From IMG/VR virus record IMGVR_UViG_3300048586_000134, positions 1 through 25,702 of that record: a DNA stretch of 25,702 bases, one strand, 5' to 3'. Positions 17,615-22,913 of the stretch are shown piece after piece. Both the position numbers and the translations under genes were made by a program. How positions within the stretch are numbered: the stretch's first letter is position 1; the number at the start of each line of letters is the position of its first letter. A model generated the notes under the pieces. That model was given only the letters and a program-made list of their open reading frames with translations. It was not told the origin of the DNA and ran no database searches. Source of the stretch: a virus (taxonomy: Duplodnaviria > Heunggongvirae > Uroviricota > Caudoviricetes).

Positions 17615-17642
17615 AGGGGGAGCTAATCACTCCCCCTTTTCT
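17615..17642 (+). terminator. Probable intrinsic terminator after the tape measure gene
   Basis: AGGGGGAG, loop CTAATCA, CTCCCCCT, then TTTCT. Confidence 0.65.
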
Positions 17643-17659
17643 GGACAAGGAGCGTGGCT

Positions 17660-20600
17660 ATGGCGCTGAACCCTTCAGCAATTTCATTTAACGGTACATC
17701 ACAACACGCTAAGCTCTCGGCAAATGCTTCTATCAAGAACATGACAGCCTTCACATGGATGGCTTGGGTTAAAGTAGGAGCAAACGCAAATTCGCCGTAT
17801 AAAAAGCTATATGTGGAGCGACAGGGAACTGGTTCTGGAATCAGATTTGCTGTTAACGCTTATCATAGTAGGCTTCGATTCGAGCTAGCGGTTCAAGATG
17901 GACAAACCGACACAAATTATGACTACCGAACAACATGGGATGACTACTGGCACCACATCGCATTTGTGGCGCGTATCAGCGGCGAGAATCCAACCTACCA
18001 AATGTTCAAGGACGGCTCGCTTGTAGCAGAGGGAACACTTGTCAAGCCTGCTGGTGTCGATAATATCTCGAATACTGCCCCACTTGGAAGTACGATCTAT
18101 GTTGGTAACCATTCTCTGCACACGAGCGGAGGAGAGAGTTTTCTCGCAGATCGTTACTGGCATGGCAAGATCGATGATGTCCTGATCTTTGACGAAGCGA
18201 AGTCAGCAGGAGACATTACCAGCTACTTCTCAAGCAATGATACATGGGATATGGGCGATACAGCAATGTTCTCTTATTGGCGCTTTGACGAAAATACAGG
18301 CTCTTCCACAGTCGATGCTGATAATGGCGGATGGACAGGAACACTCCTGAACAATAACGTTGCAAGTTCAGGGCTTTGGACCATTGATCGTGCATTCCTT
18401 GGCAACGGTACGGTGGACACAACGGCTCCAACCACACCGACACTGCCTGGAACGCCGACGACATCGATCACGGCAGACGGCTTTCGGGCAACATGGATAA
18501 CAACAACGGATAACGTCTACGTGCAGGGATACGAACTTCAAGTATCCACAGTCTCGAACTTTGCCAGCTACACAACATACCACACCCCCAACGGGCAAGT
18601 GACTGAACTGATTACGGGATTACTTCCTAATACGAATTACTATTGGAGAGTGCGTGCATACGATGCTGAACTCAATATGAGTGGTTATACAGCAACACAA
18701 TCACTGACAACATCGAATGTTGCTGATCTGACTCCGCCGAACCAGCCAACGAATGTTACCTCGTCCTCGGTTACGCACTCATCGTTTGCGGTAAGCTGGA
18801 CAGGCAGCACTTCTCCTGATGTGACTGGATACAAGATTGACGTTGGACTTGATCCGAACTTCAATAACTACCTCTCAGGATATCGTAACCGTGACATCGG
18901 CGCAGTCCTGACAACGACCGTTAGCGGCACGTTACCGCTCACCAGTTACTATGTGCGCCTGCGTGCTTATGATAATGACCGTAATGAAAGTCTGGAAACG
19001 GACTACATCCTCGTCCAGACGCCTTCGATTCCTGACCTCATTGCACCGAATGTTGTTGATCCCCTTCCTGCGACGAGCATTACCTCGCGAGCATTTACGG
19101 CAAGCTGGGAAGAGGGTGAAGATAACGTAGGTGTCACAGGGTACTATCTCGATGTCTCAACGGCATCGGACTTCTCCTCATTTGTGACAGGATACCAGAA
19201 TCTCTTTGTTGGAAACGTCACTGAGTATCGTGTAACAGGGCTTGTTCCTGAGACGACCTACTACTACCGAACACGCGCAACAGACGCAGCGGGAAACATT
19301 AGCGGCAACTCGGTTGTCGAAATGGATGTTACAACGCTCATCACTTCGGTTGAAGATGGTGGTATCACGACTGTTCTCATTGAACCAACGGCGGATGCGG
19401 AAGTGCGGAGTGCCAGCGCTTCGACAAACTACGGTTCTGCGACCTCGATTACGGTTGTCGGTAACGGTAGTGCGGCGACACAGGCGGCACACCTTCTCTT
19501 CCCGCTTGACTTTGTGACAGGCAACCTGACCTCAGCAGTTCTGAACATTTATGTCACGGAAGCCTCATCTGTTGCGGCGGCGGCGAAGGCCGACAATGTA
19601 ACCTTTACCGAGTCAACCCTAACATGGACGAATCAGCCTGCGGTTGCGGGTAGCTCGGTTGCCTTTACACCGCTCGCAACGGGCTGGGTAGCGATTCCGA
19701 TTACCTCTCTCCTCCTCGACGGTAAGACAACCTATGATGTTTACCTTTCAACGACAAGTGCGGACGGCTTCACCTTTGACTCGAAGGAAGGTACGAACAA
19801 ACCATATCTCGAAGTTGAATACGACCAGAGTACAGCGACCAAGCTGGATGCGATCAGTGTAGAGGCGGGTTCAAGTGGACGCGTGAACATGAACCGCAAT
19901 CCGAACTTTGAAGGAAATGCCACAACAGGTTATGCTATTTCAGCAGCGGGTGTCACATTGTCTGTTCATGCAACAGAGGGTGTTGAAGGTTCGAAGGCGC
20001 TGTCAGTGGTATCGACTGGCTCAGCGGCAAACCTTGGATTCATTCATGGTGATTCTATCTGGACTCCTGCTTCCTTCGGAGAAACGCTTACCGTTTCGTT
20101 TGCGGCTCGTGCAACGGCAACGGAATCGTTAGTTATCTCGGTGCAACAACGTAATTCAGCAGGATCGCTTCTCTCCTCAACGCTTAAAACAATCTCAGTA
20201 GGGACAACACGTCAACGTTATGTCCACACGGTCGAGATGAATCAAGCAACTGTCGCGTATTTTGTGGTTTACGTGTACAAAGTTGCGGCTGCGGCATTTA
20301 CCGCGTACTTTGACGAATTCCTTTTCGAGAAAGCGTCCTCGTACCTCGGATACTTTGACGGTAACACTCCTGGCGCATACTGGCAAGGTACGGCCAATGC
20401 GAGTTTCTCGGTTATGCCTGTCTCCAAAATCGAAACGTCAACAACGTACCTTGGAGACAGCGACACCGATAACAGTGTTAGCCTCTACTTCAAGCCTTCT
20501 GAAGAAAGTGAGTGGATGACGCATCCTGCTCTCGTTCCTGTCGTCAACCGAACGACGAAGCGATGGGAGTATACGCTTGAGGGTGGTCTTGGTGAGTATA

Positions 20601-22357
20601 ATCTCGTACCGAACCCTGGCTTTGAACTCGATACGGCCAACTGGACTGTTATCAATGGTGCAACTGGCTTTGCTCGACAAGACACTGAGGTATATGAAGG
20701 CAGCTACGCAGCAGTCTTTACTTCTGCTGGTAGCACCTCGGGTATCTGGACAGGTCATATTCCTGTAACGGCAGGCACCGTTCTTCATTGCCGCAATCGT
20801 GTCAAAGGTCCGATTGGGAATGACTTTAAGTTGGTGCTTCGCTTCTATGATGCCGCAGGGACAACACTTCTCGGCACGTCTAACGATGTTATGGGCCAGA
20901 GTCGCTACAGCGCTCTTGACGGAACATGGCAGGAAGCATGGGTTGTTGCGACGGCTCCTGCATCCACGGCATCTGTTCGCGTTGCGCTCACAGCGGTAGG
21001 TATGGCGGGTGGTCCGTACTACATCGACAACGTTCTTCTTGGCTTTGGTGCAAATCTGAATCCATACCGAGACGGCTCCTACCCTGACGCATTCTGGAAC
21101 GACACCGAACACAACTCGGTGACGCACCTGATGATTATGCCAGAGCGCAGCTACGACATTCGTTATGTCTACAGTGATCCTGACGGCTTGATCGACGCCC
21201 CTGGCTCGACAACCGCAGAGATGGTCACAACCTACATAACGACAGCAATGCCTGACAACACGACGACGATTGGAACGATCACAACTGAATCAGATGTTGA
21301 GTCGATCACCGTTCGTGGTGTCTATGTCGGTGACGATAACGAAAACATGACGATGCGGGTTGAGTGGAAGCGTACCGACCTCACCAACTGGAATACGGTG
21401 ACACACGCAGTCAGCCGTGACACCAAGAGCTTTGCGGCGACAATTCCGTATCTGCGTGCAGGAACGTCCTACACCATTCGATTCACCTTCACCGATCCCG
21501 ATGGTGTGTACAACACGACAAATGGTGTTGTGGAGGTGCTGGCGACAACCATGCTCTCCCATACGACTCCTGATGTCATTTCGCGCATCCGCTTCGGTGG
21601 TTTCGTCCTCATGGACAGCGCCGACTACACATCAAAGGTAGGTGTGACTGAACATAATGCCTTTGGATTCCCTGAGCGTCGTCTACAGATCGAAGACCTT
21701 CCTCGTGAGGACGGAGCGATTGAACTTCAGAACCTTTGGGGACGACGTTCGATTTCGATGCAGGGCTTCATTGAAGGAGCAACGAGAGTCGAGCTTGAAC
21801 AGAATCTTCAAGCACTCAAGAGAGCGCTCGCACCACGATTGCAGCGCCTTCAGATCGATACGTTGAACGACACTGGTCGCTACTACACGGCAACCTGTGA
21901 GAGTTTGGCGATTGTGGAGAGTCCAGAGAACATTCGTCACCTGACATGGGATGCTGACTTTGTGTGCGCTGATCCGTTCGCGTACGATACGACCGTCAGC
22001 ACGCTCCCTGAGTTTACGGCGGCACATAATAGTACCGTCACGATCAACAATGTTGGAGATACGCGTGTTCCGCTGCGAATGAATGTGCGCACGACACACA
22101 CCTTCCCTGTCACGTTGTCGATTATTAACTCTACAAGTGGAGAACGAATCAGTCCATCCAAAACGCTGATCAGCGGTGATCGTCTGGTTATCGACAGCAC
22201 GCGCAAGTCAATTACCAAGAATGGTATCGAACTCGATTACCAAGGAGCCTTCCCGCACTTGCTGATGGGAGGCAACACCTTCACGTTCGTCCTCAGCACG
22301 ACGAGCGGAACCCCAACGATTCTTGTCGAGATGGTCTGGCAAAGCCAGTATCTCTAA
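17660..22357 (+). CDS. Giant distal tail (Dit) protein with N-terminal LamG, FN3, DNRLRE-like and carbohydrate-binding modules
   Basis: Start re-called to ATG 17660 (AAGGAG 7 nt upstream). LamG-like domain (FTWMAWVK, WHHIAFV, GKIDDVLIF, YWRFDE) ~17660-18400. Three FN3 repeats (DxxxPxxP...W...GY...L.P.T.YY.R.RA.D) ~18416-19340. DNRLRE-like domain (PTADAEVRS..TNYGS...FDSKEGTNKPYL) ~19370-19822. Two CBM4/9-like domains (NPNFE / NPGFE) at ~19880 and ~20597. C-terminal Dit (PERRLQIEDLPREDG, RRSISMQG, FVCADPFAY, NNVGD, GDRLVIDS, FPHLLMGGN) ~21584-22357. Confidence 0.85.
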   Translation: MALNPSAISFNGTSQHAKLSANASIKNMTAFTWMAWVKVGANANSPYKKLYVERQGTGSGIRFAVNAYHSRLRFELAVQDGQTDTNYDYRTTWDDYWHHIAFVARISGENPTYQMFKDGSLVAEGTLVKPAGVDNISNTAPLGSTIYVGNHSLHTSGGESFLADRYWHGKIDDVLIFDEAKSAGDITSYFSSNDTWDMGDTAMFSYWRFDENTGSSTVDADNGGWTGTLLNNNVASSGLWTIDRAFLGNGTVDTTAPTTPTLPGTPTTSITADGFRATWITTTDNVYVQGYELQVSTVSNFASYTTYHTPNGQVTELITGLLPNTNYYWRVRAYDAELNMSGYTATQSLTTSNVADLTPPNQPTNVTSSSVTHSSFAVSWTGSTSPDVTGYKIDVGLDPNFNNYLSGYRNRDIGAVLTTTVSGTLPLTSYYVRLRAYDNDRNESLETDYILVQTPSIPDLIAPNVVDPLPATSITSRAFTASWEEGEDNVGVTGYYLDVSTASDFSSFVTGYQNLFVGNVTEYRVTGLVPETTYYYRTRATDAAGNISGNSVVEMDVTTLITSVEDGGITTVLIEPTADAEVRSASASTNYGSATSITVVGNGSAATQAAHLLFPLDFVTGNLTSAVLNIYVTEASSVAAAAKADNVTFTESTLTWTNQPAVAGSSVAFTPLATGWVAIPITSLLLDGKTTYDVYLSTTSADGFTFDSKEGTNKPYLEVEYDQSTATKLDAISVEAGSSGRVNMNRNPNFEGNATTGYAISAAGVTLSVHATEGVEGSKALSVVSTGSAANLGFIHGDSIWTPASFGETLTVSFAARATATESLVISVQQRNSAGSLLSSTLKTISVGTTRQRYVHTVEMNQATVAYFVVYVYKVAAAAFTAYFDEFLFEKASSYLGYFDGNTPGAYWQGTANASFSVMPVSKIETSTTYLGDSDTDNSVSLYFKPSEESEWMTHPALVPVVNRTTKRWEYTLEGGLGEYNLVPNPGFELDTANWTVINGATGFARQDTEVYEGSYAAVFTSAGSTSGIWTGHIPVTAGTVLHCRNRVKGPIGNDFKLVLRFYDAAGTTLLGTSNDVMGQSRYSALDGTWQEAWVVATAPASTASVRVALTAVGMAGGPYYIDNVLLGFGANLNPYRDGSYPDAFWNDTEHNSVTHLMIMPERSYDIRYVYSDPDGLIDAPGSTTAEMVTTYITTAMPDNTTTIGTITTESDVESITVRGVYVGDDNENMTMRVEWKRTDLTNWNTVTHAVSRDTKSFAATIPYLRAGTSYTIRFTFTDPDGVYNTTNGVVEVLATTMLSHTTPDVISRIRFGGFVLMDSADYTSKVGVTEHNAFGFPERRLQIEDLPREDGAIELQNLWGRRSISMQGFIEGATRVELEQNLQALKRALAPRLQRLQIDTLNDTGRYYTATCESLAIVESPENIRHLTWDADFVCADPFAYDTTVSTLPEFTAAHNSTVTINNVGDTRVPLRMNVRTTHTFPVTLSIINSTSGERISPSKTLISGDRLVIDSTRKSITKNGIELDYQGAFPHLLMGGNTFTFVLSTTSGTPTILVEMVWQSQYL

Positions 22358-22376
22358 GCTATAGGAGCAGACTACT

Positions 22377-22913
22377 ATGGCGATTACGGACAAAAGACGG
22401 TATGAAAAGCGGAAGAGTGAGGGGCGCTGCGTGGCGTGCGGCAAACCGCGCTCTATCCACGAGACGACAATCAAGTGTTCGGACTGCCGTCGCAGGCATA
22501 AGGAAGCGAGCCTTAAGTATATTTATCGGCACAAAGGGAAAGACTGCTGCCAGAGATGCGGTTCAGCACACCTTATCACACAGCCAGAAGGTGCGAAGTG
22601 GCGCTTTTGTGAAGAATGCTTTCTAAAGAAGTTGTCACGAACGCATCTTGGGACAGAGAAGGAATGGAAATTCTTGAAGGAGTTGTTCGAAAGTCAAAAC
22701 GGTTGTTGCTATTATACGGGCGAACGGCTGACTCTCGGCATCAACGCCTCGATTGACCACAAGCTGCCACAGAAACGATTCCCTGCGGTGAAGCACAGTC
22801 CTGACAATGTTTGCTGGTCTACGTTGGAGGTAAATCTTATGAAGAGGGATTTGACGGACACAGAATTTATTAATCTTTGTGCTCAAGTCACGAGGGTAAC
22901 ACAATGCCGATAA
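22377..22913 (+). CDS. Free-standing HNH endonuclease with Cys-rich zinc-ribbon N-terminus
   Basis: CxxC pairs CVAC, CSDC, CQRC, CEEC. HNH core CYYTGERL...SIDHKLP...NVCW....VNLMK. SD AGGAG. Uses AGA/AGG/CGG Arg codons that are uncommon in the flanking structural genes. Confidence 0.88.
   Translation: MAITDKRRYEKRKSEGRCVACGKPRSIHETTIKCSDCRRRHKEASLKYIYRHKGKDCCQRCGSAHLITQPEGAKWRFCEECFLKKLSRTHLGTEKEWKFLKELFESQNGCCYYTGERLTLGINASIDHKLPQKRFPAVKHSPDNVCWSTLEVNLMKRDLTDTEFINLCAQVTRVTQCR

Noticed and set aside
3181-17659. ORF-track starts TTG 3181, GTG 7008 and GTG 17654
   Set aside because: Downstream ATGs (3226, 7017, 17660) have better SD spacing or stop-start overlap.
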